Shown one piece after another: positions 36,001 through 48,400 of a DNA stretch of 64,000 nt (positions within the stretch are counted from its first letter, which is position 1; each line of letters starts with the position of its first letter). Origin of the DNA: Nymphaea colorata (Eukaryota); contig NC_045138.2 of NCBI RefSeq assembly GCF_008831285.2, forward strand, positions 43,586,001-43,650,000, written 5' to 3'. A program made the position numbers and the translations under genes. Under the pieces are notes generated by a model. That model had not been told where the DNA came from, did no database searches, and saw nothing but the letters and a program-made list of their open reading frames with translations.

Positions 36001-38435
36001 GTTTACTTCATTCATGATCACAACCTTAATGTTAAAAAACTTGATCCAAGGTCAATTAAGGGAATTTTCGTTGGGTATCCTTCTACTCAAAAAGGGTATA
36101 AATGTCTTGATCCTACCACTGGCCGTGTTTACGTTACTAAGGATGTCACATTCTTGGAACATGTCCCTTATTTTGGTGAGAATCCTCTTCAGGAGGAGAA
36201 ATCTATGTCAGGGGAAGAGTATTCTCCGAGTCAGGAAATCCAATTTACAAATTTCTTGGAGTACAAGTGGGAAGAGAGTCCACCGGTTGTTGAGGTGTTT
36301 GAACATGAGAGGAATGAAGGGTGTTCCACTAGAATGGAAGAGGAATGTAATCGCTTGTTTGAGCAGGTGTACTCTAGGCGAAGAGTTTGTATAGATAAGG
36401 TGAATAATGGTGAGAATTATACTCATAATCCCAATCCTACTTTTTCCCTAGATGACCCAAGTCGTGCTCAGAAGAAACTTGTTGAGGAAGACATTCAGAC
36501 AGAAACTGAAAATGAAGAGCTACTCATTGCCCTGAGAAAGGGTGTCAGGTCATTGACTCAACACCCTATCGGTAACTTTGTATCATATTTTAGACTGAGC
36601 ACGGATTACAAATATTTTGTATCATCTCTTTCTTTGGCTGTGATTCTCAAGACTGTGACAGAGGCTCAGAGTGATCCCAAGTGAACTCATGCTATGCAAG
36701 AAGAGATAGAAGCCTTGAGCAGAAACTGAACATGGGAAGTGGTAGAGATCCATGAAGCAGCTCATCTAGTTGAATCCAAATGGGTCTACACCATTAAGTA
36801 CAAACCACATGGAAATGTTGAGAGGTACAAAGCTTGCCTGGTTACCAAGGGATTTAATCAGAAATATGGGATTGACTACTTGGAGACGTTTGCTCCTGTT
36901 GCAAAGATGAAGACTGTTAGAGTTATTATTTCTCCAGTAGTGTTGAAGGAATGAAAGATGTACCAACTTGACGTTAAGAATGCTTTTCTCAATGGAGATC
37001 TTGAAGAAGAAGTATATATGTGTATGCCCCCAGGATATGAGAAACCAGAAAAATGTTGTAAACTGAAGAAGGCTTTGTATGGGCTCAAGCTATCTCCCCA
37101 AGCATGGTTTGAACGTCTTAAACTTGTAATGAGACAACATGGCTATAATCAATGGAACAGAGATCATACTCTGTTTGTAAAAAATGAGGAGGGTAAGGTT
37201 ACTCTTTTGTTAGTCTATGTTGATGATATGATTGTTACAGGTGATGATGATGATGAGATAATAAGATTAAAGTGTTTACTGGCTATTGAATTTGATCTGA
37301 AGGACCTTAGCAAACTAAGATATTTTCTTGGTATTGAAATTGCTAAATCAGGTACAACCCTTGTGCTGAATCAAAGGAAGTATACATTGGATTTACTGAA
37401 GGAGATAGGAAAACTAGGGTGTAGACCGACTTCTACTCTTCTGGATGCTGGACACAAACTCAGTATTAAGGATGGAAAACCTCTTTGTGAAGAAGCTAAG
37501 GGGAGGTACCAATGTCTGGTTGGAAGATTGATCTACCTCACTCTGACTAGACCTGATATCACATTTGCTATAAATGTGATGAGCCAGTTCATGCATGCAC
37601 CTACAGATACTCACTTGAAGGCTATCGACAGAATCTTGTGTTACTTGAAGAGGAATCCTGACAAAGGGCTTCTATATATGAAACAATGGCCTATTGAAAT
37701 TGAAGGGTATTCAAATGCAGACTGGGCAAGTTGTGTTGATACTAGAAGATCTACTTCAGGATACTGCGTCTACTTGGAGAAAAATCTTGTTGTTTGGAGG
37801 AGCAAGAGACACGATGTTTGTTCCTACTCAAGTGCAAAGGCTGAATATAAGGCTACTGCTATTGGAGTGTTAGAATTACTGTAGCTGAAAATATTGCTGA
37901 CTGATATTGGGATAGAGACTGAAGAACCTATGAAGACGTATTATGATAACAAGTCCACAATCAATCTGGCCAACAACCCTGTGTTACATGACCGAACAAA
38001 GCATGTCGAGATTGACCGTCACTTCATCTGGGAGAGAATTTATTCCAGAGAGTTGATTCTACCATATATGAAATCTGAAGACCAAATTGCTGATGTTCTG
38101 ACTAAAGTCTTACTTGTGACTCAGTTTGAGGGAAATATATCTAAGTTGGGCATGTTTGATATGTATGCCCAACTTGAGGGATAGTGTTGACATATATTGT
38201 ATTTGGGTCACCTATCTGGGTCTGGATCTAGACCCGATCCAGTGTGTTACTGTTATGGCCCTACTTAACATGTGTAAACCCTAATTTATGTGTGTGAATG
38301 AGAATCTAAGAGAGAGAGTGTCTGGTTGCTAGTGAGCACCAGTTCTCCTCACCTGTAGTTTTTTTCTTCTAGTTGAGGGGTTTTCCACGTTACATCCGTG
38401 TTCGTTCAGTATTCTACTCTTTTACTATTTCTACA
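33055..38435 (+). mobile_element. Ty1/copia element, degenerate, 5' LTR almost entirely deleted; same family as 46906-52166
   Basis: Only 22 bp of the 5' LTR remain (33055-33076, identical to the 3' LTR end), followed by the PBS at 33077-33088. 3' LTR 38185-38435. gag-pol fragments at ~33860-38184 ([48 protein letters not shown]) with stops and frameshifts. Confidence 0.92.
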
Positions 38436-38569
38436 GTATATAAATAAATTAGTTTCCCATTCTAATTTTAAAATGTGTAGCTCTGTTTTGATTGTTGTGT
38501 TGGCTCACTTTGATGTATTGTGTTAAAAGAAAAAAAAAATACATAAGGGTACAAATTCGGGGTGTGACA
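38436..38569 (+). repeat. 3'-terminal fragment of a Del/Tekay-like LTR
   Basis: Ends aaattcggggtgtgaCA; its reverse complement resembles 1430-1570. Confidence 0.6.
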
Positions 38570-39329
38570 TTGATTGTCAATTGATTTTATTTTATCTAGA
38601 TGGAAAACCTGACTTCTCTCCTTTGTAGAGAGGCTATGCCTAATCAAGTTGGTCTTAATGTAGCTTTACTACTATTGGGTTAAGACATTCTGCATTGCCT
38701 TGAATGTGGCCATGAGAATCACTAAAGTAGCTTTGGACTTCATTTAGAGTGGGTGGGAAGATAGCAAAGGTTGGCATTTGGTCAACTGACAGAATCTGCC
38801 TCCCATACAGTGAAGGAGGGGTCAACCACAAAGACCTCATTGTCCTTAACTGAGTTTACATGTTATAGCTTGCACTGAAGGTTTGGTTGAATGTGATGTT
38901 GTTGGCTAGGCTGGTTCTATCCAAGTACCTCCAAAAAGCAAGGGTTTGGACAGCCAAGAGCTCGTCAAAAACTTTGTAGGCATGGAATGCCATGTTGTGG
39001 GACTAGGATGATCCAAGCCACCTCATTGATTGGAGCCCTAAGAGTGGTGAAAGAATGCCATTTTGAAATGAATCATGGGCATTAGATTAATCCAAGAACT
39101 GTTGGGAAGTTCAAACTTTGTATAGAGTTTAGAGGATGATGTCTTTGTCGGTGATCCAAGCATATCAATTCTTGGAAATGATCAAAGGAGTGACCTCTAA
39201 TATCTTGATTCATCAATAACTTGGCCTTCAACAAGTGTCTAACATAGAGGACGTCATACTGTACTTTCACAAGTGATACAATTTCTTCATCAATTAGAGA
39301 ATCCTTTTGTTCCATAATGTCTATCGGTT

Positions 39330-39820
39330 TCACTCAATAAGTCAGATCCTCATTTAACTGTATTGGTTGTTCTTTAATAACATGAGAAGGATCATAAATG
39401 TATTTTCACAACATAGATACATGAAAAACATTATGCATCCTAGATAGTTATGCCTGCATCTGGAGTCGATATGCTACATCCCTGATTCTCTCTGAGATTT
39501 CATATGGTCCAATATATCGTGGACTGAACGTTCGCGAGTTCAACTCCAATCAAATCTAGGAGCTTCTTGAAGTCACTGACATGAGAAGTGGAGGGAGGCT
39601 TTCTGACATAGTAAAGCTCCACCTTCTTCTACTTGTTTTTTGTTTACTGTGGGTCATCCTTGGCTTCCCACCTTAGATAGACCCAAAAGCACTGGCATTC
39701 CTCTCCCAAATAAGTTTTGTTTGTGCCAATGCCATGAGAAATATGTGGACCATTTCATGCTGCTTTATGATAAGACTAAGTCCATATGGTCAAATCTTGA
39801 GTAGAAATTTGATGTAGAAA
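39330..39820 (-). mobile_element. Ty3/gypsy integrase C-terminal relic
   Basis: The minus strand translates SPRYIGPYEISERIRDVAYRL...MHNVFHVSML*KYIYDPSHVI (GPY/F module). A further LTR-end-like motif ggggtatgaca ends at 40560. Confidence 0.75.
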
Positions 39821-42373
39821 TCAGAGTTCTTATGAGGAAGTGGGTCATTTACTCTTTTAGGAGAGGTTGGATGCTTAAGCTATGGGTGATGATGCCATTG
39901 ATGGCAATGAGATTGAATATGGAAAAACAAAATGAAGTGTCCACGACCAATTGCTCTCCCAACGGCCACTATGATCAGCACGGTATGGGATACCGTTCAA
40001 GCATGGTGGTTGGGGCTTGATGGTAATGATCAGAAAAATAAGTAAAGATATGGTTCCCTAATGGGCTAGTTCCTGATAAAATTTGTGAAGCACTAGGGTA
40101 GATAATACCGTCCAGATTGTGGTTTGCAACTGGACATAAGGTGCAATAAGCTCTCATCATTCAGAACTCGCTAGGCCATTGTATTCAAGCAATTGCCTGC
40201 TTACTGGATCGACACCATGACGCTAGTGCTTGTGCAGGAGGAAGGTTTGATCTCCTTCCTTTTGTGGTGAGAAAGATTCAGCTAATCATAGGTCTAAAAT
40301 TTTGGCACTCCGAACGCCGTAGGCTGCTTAGGTCCCCATAGAATTTTGAAGATAATTCATCTATGCTATACATGCTTAGTATTGGTGTTATTAGTTTTAG
40401 TTGTAACCCTGAAGTACAGATTTTTCATCTTCCCCTAAGCCCTTGTTCTTCAGCCTCTAGGAGCTCATTAAAAACTATCCCACTAGGGAAGAGATTCTTC
40501 TACTCAGTTTTTGTTCACTGTTTCCTATTTTTTGGTAATAAAAAAATTTGGGGTATGACAGCCAGAAGGATTGCAACGGGAAGATCGTTGAAATATCCAT
40601 ACTCTGCACGAGTGAGATTTATCATCACACCAGTCGAAAAAAAAAAAAAAAACGTAATGTAAGTAAACAAATTGAATTCTCAAGAAAATAATATTATATA
40701 CTTTTTTACATTCTCATCTTTTATCTTAAAACCGGTAAATGCTTAGTCCATTGGCTCTACACTACCAGTTGCATTTGTGGAGATGCATACAAGTTGTTGC
40801 TTCTAATTGGTATGATCATGAAACTCCTCTTGTCGATATAGTGAACGCTTCAAGTTGCAAGAAATTCGGAAAGAATCTTATTGGCATAATAAGTCATAGA
40901 TGTAGGTTCAGCGTGAGATGTCTGTCATGGCGGCTATTCTAGCAACGTCAGTCACTACTATTGGGTACAGTTCCCGTAATCTGGTGGAAGGCACATTGCT
41001 GCATGGACAAGGCAAGAAGTTTCCTTTTTTTCTCAATGTTTAACTGCAGTACTTTTTCTCTAACAGTTAACCAAATTGCGAATTTTATTTATGCAATAAT
41101 GTTCTCCATGTCTTTATCTCTCTCCCCCTTCCAAATCTAATGCATGCTCCCATCAGACTAGTTAGTGCCTTTTTACTAAAAAAACCACTTTCTGAAATTC
41201 ATTTGATAATTTTTACTTTTAAACTGCTAATTTGAAAGGAAAAGGATTACCACCTAGATGAATCGTAGCAGTTGAAATGCTTGATTAGGACAACCCTTGC
41301 AGTAACGCTAGCATCTTTCGTCACTCAAATATTTACCAAATCTTCACATCATGATACATAATAAGTAGGATCCATGAAAGATGATATATACTCGACCTGA
41401 AGGATTCTAAGGATTCGTGTGCTGGACTACTTAAAAAAAAATTATAGCATTCCTTACAGAATTGGCACATACATCATAAGAGGGAAAAACGAAAATACAT
41501 CCTTCAATGTGTAGATGAATACAAATGACCTGAGCATTTAAATGGTATTCTAATGGGGATGTCATGAGGTGAATGCCCAACTGGTCCGTATGATCGAATT
41601 CCCAACTTGAAGCTTAATTTTTCTAGTCAAATCAAGGAAAAAGGAATCTGTATTCTAATTGGCCTAAAATTTGTCGCACAACAGGTATCCAAAGCCAATA
41701 TCCAATAGAAAACCAACAGTATTATATGTGAAAGAAAAAGGTTGGGTCTTAACCTTAGCATATCCATTCTTGGCATCTGATCCGATTAAATTCAAATGTG
41801 TTAACAATGTCCAATATTGTGTAAAATTTTCCAACTCTCTAGTTTATGCGAAAATACATCCTCCAATGTGTAGTGCCGTGGTTAGCACATTTAATTCCAT
41901 ATTTGCAGAACAAAATTCGCAGCACATCCACAGCATTTTGAGATGAGATGATGAGAATACAAGGTGCTAAACAACGAGATATACATTAACAAATTATTTT
42001 ATTGAAAAAACATGCCAAAGCTTCCATCGATGTTTCCATGCAAATGCAATGCTGAGCATACCAATCACAGCAACTAATTAAGAAAAGGCATATAATAAAC
42101 GTGGAACATCTCCCCCTTACTGAGGCTAAAATATTTCGTACCTGCAAAGATGCGAATCACAACACCAGTTAGTAAAAATCACTGACCCACAAAATCAGAG
42201 ATTAATATGGACTGACTAAAAAAGGTATTTGTGACATTTCCTCTTAGTTGATAGATTTGAACATAATAAGCAGTTCACTGACCATAAGGGAAATCATAAA
42301 ATCTATTATCAAGAGCACAAACACCTGCACCATGAACCATCAAATTTCTTGGGATCTAATTCAGTTTATATAG

Positions 42374-42423
42374 TCACGCTGGAACTGCTACTGGCCTCTT
42401 GCTTGTCTTGATCCCTTTGATTG
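42374..42423 (-). CDS. RPE: RPE exon 9 (terminal coding exon)
   Basis: ttgcag| (A)[15 protein letters not shown]. Confidence 0.95.
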
Positions 42424-45400
42424 CTGCAAGAAATTTCTGAAACTTAGTATGGAGTATTTGAAATGTATAGCAGTAACTTCTGCATCAAGAATATCTGAGT
42501 TGATTGGCTACGCACCTTCTGCATAATCTTTAGCTCCAAATACAGCAGACCCTGCTACTATAGCGTTTGCCCCAGCTTCAATAACCTGTCATCATGGTGG
42601 ATAAATTAGCAAAATCATTAAATAACATCGAGGGGATTGCAGGTCCAGATGGAACCTTGTAAGCATTTGAAGGGCCTACTCCACCATCTACTTCGATCCA
42701 TGGATTCACGTCCTGCAATTTTTCCCCTTCGTGACTTATACATTCATGTACAGTGTTTAAAGAATTCAAAATTTAGTCACAGAAATTAAGCTCCAGACTA
42801 CCTTCTCAGCGCATAATCTTCTCAAGTTTGATATTTTCTTTACTTGACTTTCAATGAAGCTCTGCCCACCAAAACCAGGATTGACCGACATTATCAAGAT
42901 CAAATCCACAGCTATTCAAGAAATTGAAAAATCCAAATGGGCAACATTAGTATCATTTCTGTGGCATAAGCGAACCTTAAATATCAATAATAGGAGCAAT
43001 GCAATCAATAGGACATTGCATATTAAAAAAAACCAAAGATGTAATATGGGAAAGAGATTACAGCCATGAACTCTTGCACATATTACAAGATTGATCATCA
43101 GGAACGATTGTGGAGTTATCAAACATTATCACTACCATTGATTTAACCACTCCCATATACCACTTTAAAAGAATAAATCCACCATATATGTTCCTCCTTG
43201 TATCATCCAAAGAATAAGGTACGTAAAGCTAGCCTTCACTCCATTCATGCATATGTCTCCTTGCAAATGCATAACATGCACAGGCAGATCTGTGGATCAC
43301 ATCTCTTCCATGTGCATCAAGGTTCTTTTGTTGCAGACACTGGAAACACAAACCCATGAAAAGACTGAAAATATCCCCACATTACCTAATTAAAGTGTCT
43401 GCGGGCCAAGAAACCTCTACGAACATGGATAGAAGGATCAGATAAAAGCCCTCAACCTAGAGATAAAGAACTCAGAAATGGATGTGAGAAAAAACGACAC
43501 TTGTACAAAATGAAGGTCTTTTCCAAGAGACAAACAAGGCATTAAGTGGACTCCTGATCCAGCAGATTTCAGCATATCTGTAAAATGTTAGAATGTCGGC
43601 CAAAGATTTCCACTATCCAACAAAATTCAGCTTTAACAATTTGGCCATAACAAAACAAATTATTGGCATTGAGATGACATTAGGACAGGTGATAATGCAG
43701 AATAAAGAGAGAGAGGTGTTGATGGAGGGGACAGGGAAGGATCATGGTAATGAGTTAAGACCGATTATTCTCTCTCTTTCTCTCTTCTTATTTCTTCTCC
43801 TTGCCCACTATCTTCCTTTATCTCGTAAACTTTAGTAGTATTGTTCAACAGACCCATCTAAGTTATATTTAATGGTATAGCCTAACCTACTTGCATCCAT
43901 TAATATCAGCATAACAAGATGGTACAACCAGGTCATATGTGCCTTTTGTAAGAAAGGAATCGATCTCATCTTACATAGCTTGTTTCCACTTAGGATCCAA
44001 CAAAGCCTACTGATGATTAAGTGGCACTGACATGGCTGACAATGTGGAGATAAAATTCTTCATACGAACCCAAGTCTTGCTTTTGAAACAAACTTAAAAA
44101 TGGGATGCAATCTATGTCACATAAGTATGGGTATGGGTGCCAGTATGGGTTCCGCTACAGGTACGGGTGTGGAGCACTGTCAAAAAATTTGGCTATGGGG
44201 ACACAGCAGTCGACAACACACGAAATATAAACAACATAGAAAGTGCTATTAAAGAAAACTAAGTTGCCGGTCACCGGAAAATCCTGCTGAATAGGTGTTA
44301 GACAAAGGACATGAACAGCCCTTTCTGTCAAGGGCTCTTCATTTCCTTGTATATACATGATGGCTTAAGAAAAACCTATGTAGTGGACAAAAGTGAACTT
44401 GGTCAACCATAATTTTTCAATCAGTGGGTCTCCTATATAGGAGTTGTGGGCGATCGCTGCGAAGTAAAAAGGGCAAATACGAAATTCACTTGGTATACCA
44501 TAAATGTTTCATAAATTCACCTTGTCTGGGCCTTGGTCGGGCACCTTCTTGACAAGCAGTTGAAGACTAAACTCTCTAGTCGACGCAACCTCAGATGTGG
44601 CCGGTTGTGTCTCAGACTTAGCCGGCACATGGCATACACAAATCCCACCTATGTCCGACCCTGCCTCAACTGTGGCCGACCTCTGGCCAGCCGCTCATGC
44701 GACCATTCGGAGGTTGGCCCATGTCAACCGCAGTGAGGGGCAGCACAGACGATGGTGATGGCTGAAGAGGTGTATACTGCAAAGGAACGGCCGGTCAGGT
44801 ACGAGGCCTGGTCTTGTTCGGTTTGTGTTAATCAAGTATAGCATTCGGGGGTGCACGACGAACCGCAGAATGGTGACGATGGGGATTAGTAGCTGCAAGA
44901 CCATGCTCACTGAGGGTGGTCATGCCATTGGGCTTGAAACGCATTGGGACCAGGCTCTGTGGGGTGGGTGATGGCGGTAGAGGACTGAAGCAAAGCCGTA
45001 CTATGGGCAATGGGCCCCAACCACCAAGGCACCAGACAACTGGCATACCAAGCCACCACAACTGGCATACCAAGCCCCTTCCTTTTCAGTGATGACCCTC
45101 CATCACAACGACCCAGTCCAATTCAGATCTGAATCATCAATCTGATTTCAATGCCTAAAGGTTATTTGCAGTAGGCATCATTCCTCAAACAATAAAACAT
45201 ATTCCCAGATCTAATCTCAACTGTCAAGAAATTTTTTACCTTAAAGAAAAATCCTCTTGCTATCAACGATCAGCTGCAACATCAGTCATCATAAGAATTT
45301 TAGATCTGATCATAGTTAATATTCAGATCTACAGCTCTTCAATTTGTTTGCAACTCAAAACGAGGAAAGCAACACTCAGATCTCCACTGTGACAATCTCA

Positions 45401-48400
45401 GATAACAAAAGGATTATTACCACAACTTCAATGACTATCCAGTTTATTTTTCAGATCTAATCACTGACTGTAGTCAGATCTCTACGACAACCATTAGTTC
45501 TGATTATTGTGGTCCAACACATCTACAGCAAAACTGAAACCACGATCACTTAGTTCTTCTTTAATGCCCATGACCTGCAGTAGCATCAACCACAGAAAAG
45601 AAACCTGGCTCTCTCACCATGTTGAGGATTCAATTAGAACAGGCCAGATGCAGACGAGAGACAGAGAGAGAGATTGTCACATTCATTAGACTCCTAAACT
45701 ACTCTTAAATAGAGATTAGGGTTAAGTAGAAAATAATTAGGCATATGTAATCTTTTTAAATTACATATGAGTACTAAAAATAAAAAATAAATTGCTTTTA
45801 ACAAGCACAACTCATGTTTCATTTATATTATGTTCACATTTGGAAAACCTACACGTCTATAGAGTATAGAAAAACGCTTCCTTTTTCCTTTACTGAAGAT
45901 ATAGCAACATTCAGTTAAAAGGAACTTTATGTACCTTAAATAAGCTACTCCTCCACAACTACTGTTTTCCCAACAACAATTCGAACTTTTTCATGAAGAA
46001 AAATTTTTCTCTAATGGTTTGTGTGTGCAATGAAATCCATAATAAAAAGAGAAGGGAATTCATGGAAGACTTTTCATATTTACCATCAAGAACATATTCA
46101 ATTGCACTTAATGGAGTTCCAGGGTTTAATACGACTCCTGCTTTGGCTCCTAAGCTTTTCACCTGAATGAGGAGAAAATGTATAAACAACAAAAAAAAAA
46201 CATGAAAGTCACCATCCTACAAGTATCATTTAACTAATACATGCAATCCAATTTTTTTAAACAAAAAGGAACTTGCAAAACAAATAAACACAGAAGAATG
46301 TTTAAGCAGCGGAATCTGTAAATGTATACCACCAAAAATAGAGATAACGAAAAAGCAGGCAACCATAAATAACAAAAATTAGTAGTTGGAAGACCTTTTA
46401 GATTGAACGGAATTGTTCTTGACATCAGGAACCTCTCGCACAGAACCAAACCTCAACTAAGCATATTTTTTTATTAGAAATTATGCACACATTTAGTTCA
46501 TGTAAGGCAAGCCCACCTGAAATTCGGCTTCAATGGAAAAAGTGCATTACTATCATACCAGGCAAAATAATGCCCTATCTTAAAGCAAGCCTGAACCTTC
46601 TTTAGTGGTGAGCCTTACCAAGTAGCTGCTTCCTAGAAACGGCTTCAGGACCACAGAAATCCCTGCCAAAAACTTCCTCGGGTACTATGATTCGCATGTT
46701 CAGAGTTGCCTCGGCTCTAGTTTCAGAAATGTCACTTACTGTTTTTATATCTTACCTTATTTCTCACTTTTTTCCTTGAAGCAAAATTTCAACTTCAAAA
46801 AGAGAAATTTATTCACTTGATTTCCCTTTGAGGAAGCACATCGAAGCGAGTATCTACTTAAGTACCACTTTTAAGTTTTTATTCTCTTCATTACTTATAT
46901 AAGATTGTTAACATATCATGTATAGGGAACCGGGTCTGGATCCAGACCCGGTCCCATGGGCACGGGTACCGAGAGTGGCTCGGTACCCTAGGCGGGTTTC
47001 CCTCTTATTTAATCTCACTTATGGTGTAATTGTTGATTAAGTGGAATAACATTTTCTCTCTCCTAGGGTTGCGGTTTTGCCCCTAGGTTAGAGCTTCTCC
47101 GTGGTTTTTCACCTCTCTTTGAGGTTTTCCACGTATATTGTGTGTTCCTTTTCTTTCTCTCCATCTTGGTGTGTGTTTCTACATGGTATCAGAGCCAACG
47201 CGTGAGAGATCGTTGGTGTGATCGTCGTGTTTCCGCCGTTTTTTGCCGCTGCTGTTTCCACTGTTTTTTCTGTCGCTGCTGCGCCGCCATCCAGCGCCGT
47301 CGCTCTCTGCTGCGCCGCCGCCGTCCAGCGCTGCCAGCTGCGCCGCCACCGTCCAGCGTGGTTGTTCTCTGCTGCGCTGCCGCCCTCCAGCGCCGTCGCA
47401 GTCCAGCGTCGTCGCCCGCTTCAGCGCCGCCGCCGTCCAGCGCCACCGCTGCCCACCGCCGTCGCTCTCTTCAGCACCGCCGCCGTCCAGCGCCGCTGCC
47501 TCTTGTTTGTCGTCTCTGGTGCTGGGTATTCTTTCTCCTTGGTGATTGTGATGGCCGAGGATATGTCCCTCAAGATCGATGATGCCCTAGACTCGGGCAG
47601 CAATACCAAGAGCGAGATCTTGCCTGTTCAAGTCACCTCCATCCGGCTGAACAAGGATAACTATCTCTCTTGGTCGGCTGCCCTAGAAATTGGGATAACC
47701 AGTCGTGGTCGCCTGTCCTACATTACTGGGGAGAAGCCTGCACCTTCAAAAACCGATCCGCGATGGGCTACTTGGGCGTTGGAAGATAGTCAGGTTAAAG
47801 TATGGATTATTAGTTCTGTTTCTGCAGATATTCATCCTTTGATCTTGCGTAAATCGACTGCCTACGACATGTGGACTGTGCTTGCACGGATGTATGGCCG
47901 TAAGAAGAGAGTATTGCGTACGTACCAAATCAAACGTAGCATATACTCTCTTAAACAGGGTGACTTGTCTGTAGCCGCTTTCTTTGCAGCCCTAAAGACT
48001 AAGTGGGAGGAACTTGACTACCATGTGAATGATGACTGGCACTGTGGGTCTGATCATGCCTTGTACTGGGACAAAGAATGGATGGATCGGACGTTTATTT
48101 TCCTTGGAGGCTTACGCGATGAATTTGAATCCATTAGGAGCCAAATTCTCAATTGTGACGAGGTCCCCGGAATTGAAGAGGTGTATGCCCGTGTGGAATC
48201 TGAGGAACAACGTCGTCAGGTGATGCATATTGACACCAGTCAGGGGAGTTCTCCTTCAGCCTTTGTTAGTCGTGCTTCTGGGATTGGACAGCGTCCTGTT
48301 CGGCGGTGTAGCCATTGCAACAAATCAAGACATTCTGTTGATTTTTGTTGGGATCTTCATCCTGAGAGGCGGCTTGTCCGGGGTCGTCCTCCTTCTAGCC

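Noticed and set aside
47230..47500. CRISPR-like or protein-coding repeat array
   Set aside because: Irregular GC-rich simple repeats without constant repeat and spacer lengths; eukaryotic retrotransposon leader, no cas genes.
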